64,000 nt of DNA, from the IMG/VR virus record IMGVR_UViG_3300037297_000066, positions 372,001 through 436,000 of that record. The stretch is one strand, 5' to 3'. The first letter of the stretch is position 1, and every line of letters begins with the position of its first letter. Made by a program: the position numbers and the translations under genes. A model generated the notes under the pieces. It made no database searches. It worked only from the letters and a program-made list of their open reading frames with translations, and was not told where the DNA came from. Of this stretch, positions 53,261 through 63,050 are shown piece after piece.

Positions 53261-56200
53261 ATGGCCGCCATAGCTCTCATCAAGTTCACTCAAGGGCCTA
53301 ACACAGACATTGCAGGTCGAGCCGTCGTTGGAACTCCCTACGGTGTGGACGGCTCTGTGGTGGTCTCGAACGACGACCCTACTGACATTCATCACTGGAA
53401 GGTCTACCTGGTCAGTGCCCCTCCCGGGAGCGCTCTGGAGCTAGCTACTCAGGGAGATTGGACTCTACTCAACGAAGGAGTCAGCAACACCCCGACGGCC
53501 AGCTTCAATCCGGACATTGCCGGTAGCTACCGTATCTTGCTTCAGGTTTGGGATGTCGCCAACAACCTGAACCAAGACATTCGAAACTTCATCATCCTGG
53601 ATGATGGTGACTTCATCCTGCCTCCTTTCCAGAAGCTTCCAGACCCTCTTCCGCTACCCAATCCTCAAGACCCTAGTGACGTCCAGAAACCTAATGAGAT
53701 GAACGTTGGGGGGCAGCCCTATGGCTGGATGGGCAACACCAGCTATCAGCTTCATCATCAGCTCATCAAGCATGTGGCTACTTTGGTGCCGTCTCCTGGG
53801 GCAGGCGACACAAGCAAGATCTACGTGGTCACAGGCGCCGGATCTGTAGCTTTTTCGTTCTTGGTTGATGCCAACATCGATGCTGCTGCGGCTATTGATG
53901 TTTCGAAGTTAGCTCCAGGTACGAACGGATACGTGTTGACCACGAGTGGAGGAGTCCCTGTCTGGGCGGCTCCTTCTGGTGGAGGGCTTACACCCCCTAG
54001 CGGAGCTGGGGACATAGCAAAGCTGGCCTTTGCAGATGCCGCTGGAACTGACCTGGATTATGCCGATGGTGTCAAGGTCAAGAATGCTGGGACCACTCAA
54101 AATGGTCTTGAGTTTGGTACGGCAAGCATTGAGAACGAAAGTGATGACCTCGTATTCAATGTGGCTACAGGTCAAGCCCACATCCTCCAAGAGAATACCA
54201 CGGAGTTTGCCCGGTTTGATTTAGGCTCTGGAGGGAGCACGCCTCGGCTACTGTTTGCCAACGATGGGGCGGTTGTCTTGCCCGGGGATGGGTATGTGCT
54301 TTTCGGGGATGGGACTGCACCTTCTACCGGAGCGATCCGAGTGGGCGGTGCTTTCACTACTGGAAGCCCTGTAATTATTCCAGTGATGGTTGCTTACAAG
54401 AATAGCAACGATCGCAATATCATCAGCTATATAGCTCCAGAGGGTCCTCCTTCTTCGCTAGCCTTCGGAGACTTCTCTGAGCCTACTCAGATTCTGGGGA
54501 CTTCTGTTGGGATCCAGACCGGTTACTTCGGTGTCAACTCATCCGGAGAGATCAGGTTTGCTGCCTCCAGCAATGCCACTGGCTTGCATTTGCTAGCTAG
54601 TGGGCTTGTGAAGATCGTAGGTGGTTCTACAGATCGCGTACTAGAGTTCGATGCTTCTCAGGACGCGATCGTTCGCTGCGCTGCTTGGACGGCTGGAATA
54701 CATCCTGGAGACAACCTGACGATTCTGGCTGGAGAAGCCTTCGGCTCCGGGCAGCCTGGAGGCCAACTCAGATTGGCCAGTGGTCCCGGAAGTACTCCAG
54801 GTACTAATGATGGGGATCTGGAGTTCTACGTTGGAGGAACGTCTGGGACGAAGGTTCTAGTCTTCGACGTCGATACGGTTGCCCCGACTGATGGTCAGGT
54901 GTTGACCTGGAGTGCCACGAACGCTGCTGCTGAGTGGGTTACACCTGGAGGTGGATCTGGGGACGTAGTTGGCCCAGCTTCAGCTACAGACAACGCTGTT
55001 GCCCGTTTTGACACCACAACAGGGAAGCTGATTCAGGACTCCGTCTTCCTGGTTGACGATAGCGGCAACGTTACCGGAGCTGGGACTTACAACGGGGAAA
55101 CCGTTGCTAACCTGATCCATGACAATGTAGCGGGAGAGATCGCAGCCGTTACAGAGAAGGCCAGTCCGGTTTCAGCGGACCTAGTGCTGATTGAAGACTC
55201 GGCAGATTCGAACAACAAGAAGAGAGTCCAAGTTGGGAACCTTCCAGGTGGTGGATCTGGAGACGTAGTTGGCCCAGCTTCAGCTACGGACAACGCTGTT
55301 GCTCGTTTTGACACCACAACAGGGAAGCTGATCCAGGATTCGGTCTTCTTGGTTGACGACAGCGGAAACGTCACTGGTGCTGGCACCTACAATGGTGAGA
55401 CAGTCGCTAACCTGATCCATGACAACGTGGCCGGAGAAATTGCGGCTGTCACGGAGAAGGCTACTCCTGTCTCAGCTGATGTTCTCCTGATCGAAGACTC
55501 GGCAGATTCGAACAACAAAAAGAGGATCCAGATTGGAAACCTTCCGGCCTCTTCTGGAGACGTGGTCGGGCCCGGGTCGGCCACGGACAATGCCGTAGCC
55601 AGATTCGACACAACCACAGGGAAGCTCATCCAGGACTCCGTCTTCCTGATTGACGATAGTGGAAACGTCACAGGAGCGGGTACTTACAATGGTGAGACGG
55701 TTGCTAACCTGATCCATGACAACGTGGCAGGGGAGATCATAGCTGTCACAGAGAAGGCTACCCCGGTTTCTGGAGATGTTCTCCTGATCGAGGACTCAGC
55801 TGATTCCAACAACAAGAAGAGAGTCCAGGTCGGCAACCTTCCTACGGGAGGAGCTGGCTCCGATACTACAGCCATTCATGATGACACGGCAGCTGAGATC
55901 TCTGCCATTACAGAGAAAGCAACTCCCGTCAGTGCTGACCTTCTATTGATTGAGGACTCGGCAGATTCGAACAACAAGAAGAGGGTTCAAGTTGGGAACC
56001 TCCCCTCTTCCTCTGGGGACGTTGTAGGCCCAGCTTCTGCCACCGATAACGCTGTTGCCCGGTTCGACACAACCACAGGGAAGCTCATCCAGGATTCGGT
56101 CTTCCTGGTTGACGATAGTGGAAATGTCACAGGTGCAGGGACTTACAACGGGGAAACAGTAGCCAACCTGATCCATGACAATGTGGCAGGGGAGATCACT

Positions 56201-59200
56201 GCTGTCACTCTGAAAGCTACCCCGGTTTCTGGAGATGTTCTCCTGATCGAGGACTCGGCAGATTCCAACAACAAGAAGAGGATCACGGTTGGAAGTCTCC
56301 CCTCTTCCTCTGGGGACGTAGTTGGCCCAGCTTCAGCTACAGACAACGCTGTTGCCCGGTTTGATACCACAACCGGGAAACTGATTCAGGACTCTGTTTT
56401 CCTGGTGGATGATAGTGGCAACGTCACAGGGGCAGGGACTTACAACGGGGAAACCGTAGCAAATCTGATCCATGACAACGTGGCAGGAGAGATCACTGCT
56501 GTCACCGAGAAAGCAACTCCCGTCAGTGCTGACGTTCTATTGATTGAGGACTCGGCAGACTCAAACAACAAGAAGAGGGTTCAAGTTGGGAACCTCCCCA
56601 CGGGAGGGGCTGGTTCTGATACAACGGCTATTCACGATGACACTGCTGGAGAGATCTCAGCCGTTACAGAGAAGGCAACTCCCGTCAGTGCTGACCTCCT
56701 CTTGATCGAGGATTCAGCAGATTCCAACAACAAGAAACGAGTTCAGGTAGGCAACCTCCCGAGCTCCTCAGGGGATGTGGTGGGTCCTGCTTCGGCGACA
56801 GACAATGCCGTTGCCAGGTTTGACACGACTACCGGAAAACTCATCCAGGATTCGGTCTTCCTGGTTGACGATAGCGGGAATGTCACGGGAGCAGGAACCT
56901 ACAACGGGGAAACGGTAGCCAATCTCCTACATGACAACGTAGCTGGGGAAATCGCAGCTGTCACAGAGAAGGCTACCCCAGTCTCGGCTGACCTTGTTCT
57001 GATTGAAGACTCGGCAGACTCAAACAACAAGAAGAGGGTCCAGGTTGGGAACCTCCCTGGAGGGGGCTCTGGGGACGTGGTAGGTCCCGCTTCTGCTACG
57101 GACAACGCTATTGCCCGGTTCGACACGACCACTGGAAAGCTGATTCAAGACTCCGTTTTCTTGGTTGACGACAGTGGCAACGTCACCGGGGCTGGGACTT
57201 ACAACGGAGAAACGGTTGCGAATCTGATCCATGACAATGTAGCGGGAGAGATCTCAGCTGTTACTCTGAAGGCCACTCCGGTCAGTGCTGACCTTCTTCT
57301 GATTGAAGACTCGGCAGACTCGAACAACAAGAAGAGGATCACGGTTGGAAGCCTCCCCTCTTCCTCTGGAGACGTTGTGGGGCCGGCTTCAGCGACAGAC
57401 AACGCTGTTGCCCGGTTTGATACGACCACAGGCAAGCTCATCCAAGACTCAGTCTTCCTGGTGGATGATAGTGGCAACGTCACAGGCGCCGGCACATACA
57501 ATGGTGAGACGGTAGCGAACCTGATTCACGACAACGTGGCAGGGGAGATCACAGCTGTCACTCTGAAGGCCACTCCGGTCAGTGCCGACGTTCTTTTGAT
57601 CGAGGATTCGGCAGACTCGAACAACAAGAAGAGGATTACGGTTGGAAGCCTGCCTTCTTCCTCTGGGGACGTAGTTGGCCCAGCTTCGGCCACGGACAAT
57701 GCTGTTGCCCGTTTTGATACTACCACTGGCAAACTCATTCAAGACTCTGTCTTCTTGGTTGACGACAGCGGCAACGTCACTGGTGCGGGAACATACAATG
57801 GTGAGACGGTTGCTAACCTAATCCATGATAACGTAGCCGGGGAGATCACAGCTGTCACTGAAAAGGCTACCCCCGTTTCAGCAGACGTTCTTCTGATCGA
57901 GGACTCGGCTGATTCAAACAACAAGAAGAGAGTCCAGATTGGGAACCTCCCCACAGGATCAGATCCGGACGCCATCCATGACAATGTGGCCTCTGAGATC
58001 TCAGCCGTTACAGAGAAGACCACTCCCGTCTCGGCAGATTTGATCCTGATCGAGGACTCGGCTGATTCAAACAACAAGAAGAGAGTCCAGATTGGGAACC
58101 TCCCCTATTCTTCAGGGGACGTGGTAGGTCCTGCTTCAGCTACGGACAACGCTGTTGCCCGTTTTGACACCACAACCGGGAAACTGATTCAGGACTCCGT
58201 CTTCCTGGTGGATGATAGCGGCAACGTCACCGGGGCTGGGACTTACAACGGAGAGACAGTAGCAAATCTGATCCACGATAACGTGGCAGGGGAGATCACA
58301 GCTGTTTCTCTGAAGGCCACTCCGGTTTCCGGAGATGTTCTCCTCATTGAGGACTCAGCTGATTCTAACAACAAGAAGAGGATCACGGTTGGGAGTCTCC
58401 CGAGCTCTTCCGGGGACGTTGTGGGACCGGCGAGTGCCACGGATAATGCAGTTGCTCGCTATGACACTACCACCGGGAAGCTCATCCAGGACTCAGTCTT
58501 CCTGGTTGATGATAGTGGAAATGTCACGGGTGCGGGAACATACAACGGAGAGACTGTTGCCAATCTGATTCACGACAACGTGGCCGGAGAGATCACAGCG
58601 GTAACAGAGAAGGCAACTCCTATCAGTGCTGACGTTCTCCTGATCGAGGACTCAGCTGATTCGAACAACAAGAAGAGGGTTCAGATCGGAAACCTCCCCA
58701 CGGGAGGGGCTGGCTCTGATACCACTGCCATCCATGATGACACAGCGGGAGAGATCGCAGCTGTCACGGAGAAGGCCACTCCGGTCTCGGCAGATTTGAT
58801 CCTGATCGAGGACTCAGCTGATTCGAACAACAAGAAGAGGGTTCAGATCGGAAACCTTCCTGGAGGTGGCTCAGGAGACGTAGTTGGCCCAGCTAGCGCT
58901 ACAGACAATGCAGTAGCCAGGTTCGACACCACAACAGGGAAACTAATCCAAGACTCAGTTTTCCTAGTTGACGACAGTGGGAATGTCACGGGTGCGGGAA
59001 CATACAACGGTGAGACTGTTGCCAATCTGATTCACGACAATGTGGCAGGAGAGATCTCAGCTGTTACTCTGAAGGCCACTCCTGTCAGTGCTGATGTTAT
59101 CCTGATCGAAGACTCAGCCGATTCGAACAACAAGAAAAGGATCACGGTTGGAAGCCTCCCGAGCTCTTCTGGGGATGTTGTAGGGCCGGCGAGTGCCACA

Positions 59201-61006
59201 GACAACGCTGTAGCAAGGTTCGACACGACCACCGGGAAGCTGATTCAGGACTCAGTATTCTTGGTTGATGACAGTGGAAACGTTACGGGCGCCGGTACCT
59301 ACAACGGGGAAACGGTTGCCAATCTGATTCATGACAATGTAGCAGGGGAAATCTCGGCTGTTACAGAGAAGGCAACTCCTGTCAGTGCTGACGTTCTCCT
59401 GATTGAGGACTCGGCAGACTCCAACAACAAGAAGAGGGTCCAGGTTGGAAACCTTCCAGGAGGAGGGGCTGGTTCTGACACTACAGCCATCCATGATGAC
59501 ACTGCTGGAGAGATCTCAGCCATCACGGAGAAGGCAACTCCGGTCTCGGCCGATCTAATTCTGATTGAGGATTCAGCTGATTCGAACAACAAGAAGAGAG
59601 TCCAAGTTGGGAACCTGCCCTCTTCCTCTGGGGACGTTGTAGGACCTGCCAGTGCTACGGACAACGCAGTAGCCAGATTCGACACAACCACAGGGAAGCT
59701 CATCCAAGATTCAGTCTTCCTCGTTGACGACAGCGGGAACGTTACCGGGGCAGGAACCTACAACGGAGAAACCGTAGCGAACCTGATTCACGATAACGTG
59801 GCGGGAGAGATCACGGCTGTCACTCTGAAAGCAACCCCGGTCAGTGCCGACGTTCTTCTGATTGAAGACTCCGCAGACTCCAACAACAAGAAGAGGATCA
59901 CGGTTGGGAGTCTCCCGAGCTCTTCCGGGGATGTAGTTGGACCCTCTTCAGCCACAGACAATGCAGTGGCTAGGTTCGACACAACCACTGGAAAACTCAT
60001 TCAGGACTCTGTTTTCCTGGTTGACGACAGTGGAAATGTCACAGGGGCAGGGACCTACAATGGAGAGACCGTTGCCAATCTAATTCACGACAACGTGGCC
60101 TCTGAGATCTCAGCCATTACGGAGAAGGCTACTCCAGTCTCGGCAGACCTTCTCTTGATTGAGGATTCTGCGGACTCGAACAACAAGAAGAGAGTCCAAG
60201 TTGGGAACCTCCCAGGTGGTGGCTCAGGAGATGTTGTAGGGCCGGCTTCGGCCACGGACAATGCAGTAGCCAGGTTCGACACCACAACAGGGAAGCTGAT
60301 TCAGGACTCTGTCTTCTTGGTTGACGACAGTGGAAATGTCACGGGGGCGGGCACCTACAATGGTGAAACAGTCGCCAACTTGATCCATGACAATGTGGCA
60401 GGAGAGATCACAGCTGTCACAGAGAAGGCTACGCCGGTCTCAGCTGACGTTCTTCTGATCGAGGATTCAGCCGATTCCAACAACAAGAAGAGGGTTCAGG
60501 TTGGCAACCTTCCGGGCGGGGGTGCTGGTTCTGATACCACTGCCATTCACGATGACACGGCAGCTGAGATCTCTGCCATTACAGAGAAAGCAACGCCGGT
60601 CAGTGCTGACCTCCTATTGATTGAGGACTCGGCAGATTCGAACAACAAGAAGAGGGTTCAAGTTGGGAACCTCCCCTCGGGAGGCAGTACTGTAACCTTC
60701 ATCAGTCCTTCTCAAATCACTTCCGATCAGAACAACTACGCTCCGACAGACTGGAGTACGGCGAATGCCGTAAGGTTGAGCTCCGATGCTTCTCGTAACA
60801 TCACGGGGTTGAATGGGTCTGCTAGTGTGGTCAAGAAGATTCTGATTAACGTGGGGTCCTACAACATTGTTTTGCAGCATGAGAACAGTAGTTCTACGGC
60901 TGCCAATCGGCTCATTGTGTCTGGAGGGTCTGACTTGACAGTACAACCAAATGATGCTGTGACTGTGCTATACGACCCTGTAACGACCCGTTGGAGGGTT
61001 GTCTAA
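53261..61006 (+). CDS. Long tail fibre-like protein with two-module repeat shaft
   Basis: 2581 aa; N-terminal Ig-like domain, fibre motifs (TDGQVLTW), 16 A and 22 B modules, C-terminal ~100-aa beta domain. Confidence 0.85.
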   Translation: MAAIALIKFTQGPNTDIAGRAVVGTPYGVDGSVVVSNDDPTDIHHWKVYLVSAPPGSALELATQGDWTLLNEGVSNTPTASFNPDIAGSYRILLQVWDVANNLNQDIRNFIILDDGDFILPPFQKLPDPLPLPNPQDPSDVQKPNEMNVGGQPYGWMGNTSYQLHHQLIKHVATLVPSPGAGDTSKIYVVTGAGSVAFSFLVDANIDAAAAIDVSKLAPGTNGYVLTTSGGVPVWAAPSGGGLTPPSGAGDIAKLAFADAAGTDLDYADGVKVKNAGTTQNGLEFGTASIENESDDLVFNVATGQAHILQENTTEFARFDLGSGGSTPRLLFANDGAVVLPGDGYVLFGDGTAPSTGAIRVGGAFTTGSPVIIPVMVAYKNSNDRNIISYIAPEGPPSSLAFGDFSEPTQILGTSVGIQTGYFGVNSSGEIRFAASSNATGLHLLASGLVKIVGGSTDRVLEFDASQDAIVRCAAWTAGIHPGDNLTILAGEAFGSGQPGGQLRLASGPGSTPGTNDGDLEFYVGGTSGTKVLVFDVDTVAPTDGQVLTWSATNAAAEWVTPGGGSGDVVGPASATDNAVARFDTTTGKLIQDSVFLVDDSGNVTGAGTYNGETVANLIHDNVAGEIAAVTEKASPVSADLVLIEDSADSNNKKRVQVGNLPGGGSGDVVGPASATDNAVARFDTTTGKLIQDSVFLVDDSGNVTGAGTYNGETVANLIHDNVAGEIAAVTEKATPVSADVLLIEDSADSNNKKRIQIGNLPASSGDVVGPGSATDNAVARFDTTTGKLIQDSVFLIDDSGNVTGAGTYNGETVANLIHDNVAGEIIAVTEKATPVSGDVLLIEDSADSNNKKRVQVGNLPTGGAGSDTTAIHDDTAAEISAITEKATPVSADLLLIEDSADSNNKKRVQVGNLPSSSGDVVGPASATDNAVARFDTTTGKLIQDSVFLVDDSGNVTGAGTYNGETVANLIHDNVAGEITAVTLKATPVSGDVLLIEDSADSNNKKRITVGSLPSSSGDVVGPASATDNAVARFDTTTGKLIQDSVFLVDDSGNVTGAGTYNGETVANLIHDNVAGEITAVTEKATPVSADVLLIEDSADSNNKKRVQVGNLPTGGAGSDTTAIHDDTAGEISAVTEKATPVSADLLLIEDSADSNNKKRVQVGNLPSSSGDVVGPASATDNAVARFDTTTGKLIQDSVFLVDDSGNVTGAGTYNGETVANLLHDNVAGEIAAVTEKATPVSADLVLIEDSADSNNKKRVQVGNLPGGGSGDVVGPASATDNAIARFDTTTGKLIQDSVFLVDDSGNVTGAGTYNGETVANLIHDNVAGEISAVTLKATPVSADLLLIEDSADSNNKKRITVGSLPSSSGDVVGPASATDNAVARFDTTTGKLIQDSVFLVDDSGNVTGAGTYNGETVANLIHDNVAGEITAVTLKATPVSADVLLIEDSADSNNKKRITVGSLPSSSGDVVGPASATDNAVARFDTTTGKLIQDSVFLVDDSGNVTGAGTYNGETVANLIHDNVAGEITAVTEKATPVSADVLLIEDSADSNNKKRVQIGNLPTGSDPDAIHDNVASEISAVTEKTTPVSADLILIEDSADSNNKKRVQIGNLPYSSGDVVGPASATDNAVARFDTTTGKLIQDSVFLVDDSGNVTGAGTYNGETVANLIHDNVAGEITAVSLKATPVSGDVLLIEDSADSNNKKRITVGSLPSSSGDVVGPASATDNAVARYDTTTGKLIQDSVFLVDDSGNVTGAGTYNGETVANLIHDNVAGEITAVTEKATPISADVLLIEDSADSNNKKRVQIGNLPTGGAGSDTTAIHDDTAGEIAAVTEKATPVSADLILIEDSADSNNKKRVQIGNLPGGGSGDVVGPASATDNAVARFDTTTGKLIQDSVFLVDDSGNVTGAGTYNGETVANLIHDNVAGEISAVTLKATPVSADVILIEDSADSNNKKRITVGSLPSSSGDVVGPASATDNAVARFDTTTGKLIQDSVFLVDDSGNVTGAGTYNGETVANLIHDNVAGEISAVTEKATPVSADVLLIEDSADSNNKKRVQVGNLPGGGAGSDTTAIHDDTAGEISAITEKATPVSADLILIEDSADSNNKKRVQVGNLPSSSGDVVGPASATDNAVARFDTTTGKLIQDSVFLVDDSGNVTGAGTYNGETVANLIHDNVAGEITAVTLKATPVSADVLLIEDSADSNNKKRITVGSLPSSSGDVVGPSSATDNAVARFDTTTGKLIQDSVFLVDDSGNVTGAGTYNGETVANLIHDNVASEISAITEKATPVSADLLLIEDSADSNNKKRVQVGNLPGGGSGDVVGPASATDNAVARFDTTTGKLIQDSVFLVDDSGNVTGAGTYNGETVANLIHDNVAGEITAVTEKATPVSADVLLIEDSADSNNKKRVQVGNLPGGGAGSDTTAIHDDTAAEISAITEKATPVSADLLLIEDSADSNNKKRVQVGNLPSGGSTVTFISPSQITSDQNNYAPTDWSTANAVRLSSDASRNITGLNGSASVVKKILINVGSYNIVLQHENSSSTAANRLIVSGGSDLTVQPNDAVTVLYDPVTTRWRVV
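54956..60676 (+). repeat. Intragenic tandem repeat: 16 x 53-aa module A and 22 x 44-aa module B
   Basis: A = SGDVVGPASATDNAVARFDTTTGKLIQDS...ANL; B = IHDNVAGEI...IEDSADSNNKKRVQVGNLP. Period 297-300 nt for AB and about 450-462 nt for ABB. Confidence 0.97.
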
Positions 61007-61722
61007 TGACTTTTTTGCTGAAGCAGTTGTCTGGGGGCGGGGCTGGCTCGATTCTGACTCAAGTTTCAATTCCAGGTTTTAGTGGGGAGGCTTCCAACAC
61101 GTATACTACATGGGGGGTTATAGGATCATTTGCTCTAGATCCTTCCGACTTTCCAGGAACCTACACGTTTGAGTCGGTACTTGAAGTGACGGATACCTAC
61201 ACTGCGGAGGTTCGGTTGTATGATGTGACCGCTGCCGCAGCTGTATCTGGATCTACTCTGAGTTCCACGTCCGATACTCCTGAGATAGTTTCTGCTTCGA
61301 TCACTCCTGCCAGTGGGGCCCGTGTTTACGAGGTGCAGCTGAGAGTAACCGCTACAGGAGGAACAGCTGTCTGCAAGTTCGCTACGCTGAGGGTGGGACA
61401 GTTTGCGAGCCTTACGATCTCCCCCGCTCAGATCACAGCAAACCAGAACAACTACTCACCGACTGACTGGAGCACAGCGACACATGTTCGGTTGAATACG
61501 GACGCTTCGAGGGATATCACCGGGTTCAGTGCGACTGCAGACATGAAACTCAAGGTCATCATCAATGTAGGGTCCTCAGATCTGGTTCTGAAGCATGAGA
61601 GCGCTAGTTCAGATGCTTCAAACCGAATACTTGTCCCGAGTGCTTCTGATCTCACCCTGGGAGCCGGAGATGCGGTGAACCTGTACTATGATGATACTTC
61701 CTCTCGGTGGAGGTGTGTCTGA
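61006..61722 (+). CDS. Fibre-associated protein sharing the fibre's C-terminal domain
   Basis: Start probably 61006 (TAATG coupling); ends ISPAQITANQNNYSPTDWSTA...SRWRCV. Confidence 0.75.
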   Translation: MTFLLKQLSGGGAGSILTQVSIPGFSGEASNTYTTWGVIGSFALDPSDFPGTYTFESVLEVTDTYTAEVRLYDVTAAAAVSGSTLSSTSDTPEIVSASITPASGARVYEVQLRVTATGGTAVCKFATLRVGQFASLTISPAQITANQNNYSPTDWSTATHVRLNTDASRDITGFSATADMKLKVIINVGSSDLVLKHESASSDASNRILVPSASDLTLGAGDAVNLYYDDTSSRWRCV

Positions 61723-61781
61723 TGACGTTCATACTAGTCAGGGCAGTAACGGTGAGTGGGTGTTGGGAACACGTTAGATAG
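61722..61781 (+). pseudogene. 19-codon remnant MTFILVRAVTVSGCWEHVR
   Basis: TGATG-coupled; its junction mirrors the one at 61006 (MTFLL). Confidence 0.3.
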
Positions 61782-61824
61782 GGGCAAAAGGACCCCCCGA
61801 GCAGCTGAATAGACTGGAGAAAAT

Positions 61825-62739
61825 ATGGCAATCGTAACTACAGGGGCAGGAATAACCACCGACGTTGCTCACGAAGGCCCCTCGTTGATTTTCGAGCTAG
61901 TCGATCTTTTACGGACCAGTACCAATTGGACCGTTGATGGTTCGGGGAATGGAACCAGTGGGGGGATGGGTGGCGACTACATCACGACGGCGGCAGATCT
62001 AGAGGATTCTGGTGCTTGGGTGTGCATGGGGTGTCCGGGAAGCGGTCCTCAGATCTTGTTTTCTCGCTACACCGCCACGGATACCCAGTGGAGAGTGGCG
62101 GTTGCTCCGGATGCGGATTACACGGGAGGCGGTGCTTCTACCATTCCGACAGCGACCTCCGAGGCATTGTTCTTCGCGACGACTATGATCGGTACAAGTT
62201 CGACCAGGTTGCACATTACCGCAGAAAATGGATCAACAGTAGCAACAGCTGGATGGTCCGTGTATGCTCACGCGGAGGGAACTCCTGCCACAGCAAAAGC
62301 TGCGTTTGCTTTTTGTCCTACGGTGTACTCATTTGCTGAGGATACAGACCCGTGGATACTGTATATTGGGTCTTACACTGGGGGACATGATCAGAGCGGG
62401 TGGAATGAGACTACTACATCTACTACCCAAGGAGGTGCTCGTGGAATTGCTACGGATTCCTCAATGCAGACTGTACCGGCGGCTCTCCTCCAACACGAAA
62501 CTACCATTGCTGCTCCGAACAACAGCCCCAGTTCTCCAACCTCGCAAGATCTGGCACTACCTATGATGCATATACGGGCACCCTCTCTTGGGACGGGGTG
62601 TTGGAAGGGGGCCAATACCTTCGCTTACTGGAATGGGACTACGAGAGCTCCTTTGGAGACTTACGCATCGAAAACACGTGTCTCGTTCGGAGATGTCAAC
62701 TTCCCGTGGGACGGGACCAGCACCCCTTCGGCTAGCTAA
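61825..62739 (+). CDS. Fibre-associated Thr/Gly/Trp-rich beta protein, candidate receptor-binding protein
   Basis: GGAG Shine-Dalgarno, composition and position after the fibre genes. Confidence 0.55.
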   Translation: MAIVTTGAGITTDVAHEGPSLIFELVDLLRTSTNWTVDGSGNGTSGGMGGDYITTAADLEDSGAWVCMGCPGSGPQILFSRYTATDTQWRVAVAPDADYTGGGASTIPTATSEALFFATTMIGTSSTRLHITAENGSTVATAGWSVYAHAEGTPATAKAAFAFCPTVYSFAEDTDPWILYIGSYTGGHDQSGWNETTTSTTQGGARGIATDSSMQTVPAALLQHETTIAAPNNSPSSPTSQDLALPMMHIRAPSLGTGCWKGANTFAYWNGTTRAPLETYASKTRVSFGDVNFPWDGTSTPSAS

Positions 62740-63011
62740 TGGCTGACTGGACTCAGAGAATCCCGATAGCTGCATCAGACGTCTCTATGGAGCGTCTAAC
62801 TAGGGATGGCCATGGTGGTTGGGTGGTAGCGTTCGGGGGTTCCGCTATCACCGCTTACTACAAGATGCGAGCCCTGGACGATACACAGAGCTACTACGTG
62901 ACATGGGTAGTGTCTAACGAACCAGATCCCCTAGGGACCTACGCTCCTGAGGAAATCCATGCAGGGTCTGCAGTAGTTGCTGCAAGATGGACGGATCCTC
63001 CAACAGGTTAG
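62739..63011 (+). CDS. Small hypothetical fibre accessory protein
   Basis: 90 aa, TAATG-coupled. Confidence 0.55.
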   Translation: MADWTQRIPIAASDVSMERLTRDGHGGWVVAFGGSAITAYYKMRALDDTQSYYVTWVVSNEPDPLGTYAPEEIHAGSAVVAARWTDPPTG

Positions 63012-63050
63012 TGGACTGTTTCTGATTAGGGTAATAGGTTGTAACAGGTA

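Noticed and set aside
54956-60676. CRISPR array or diversity-generating retroelement reading of the repeats
   Set aside because: The repeats are in-frame coding with synonymous variation, with no spacers, no adenine-specific pattern and no cas or reverse transcriptase gene.
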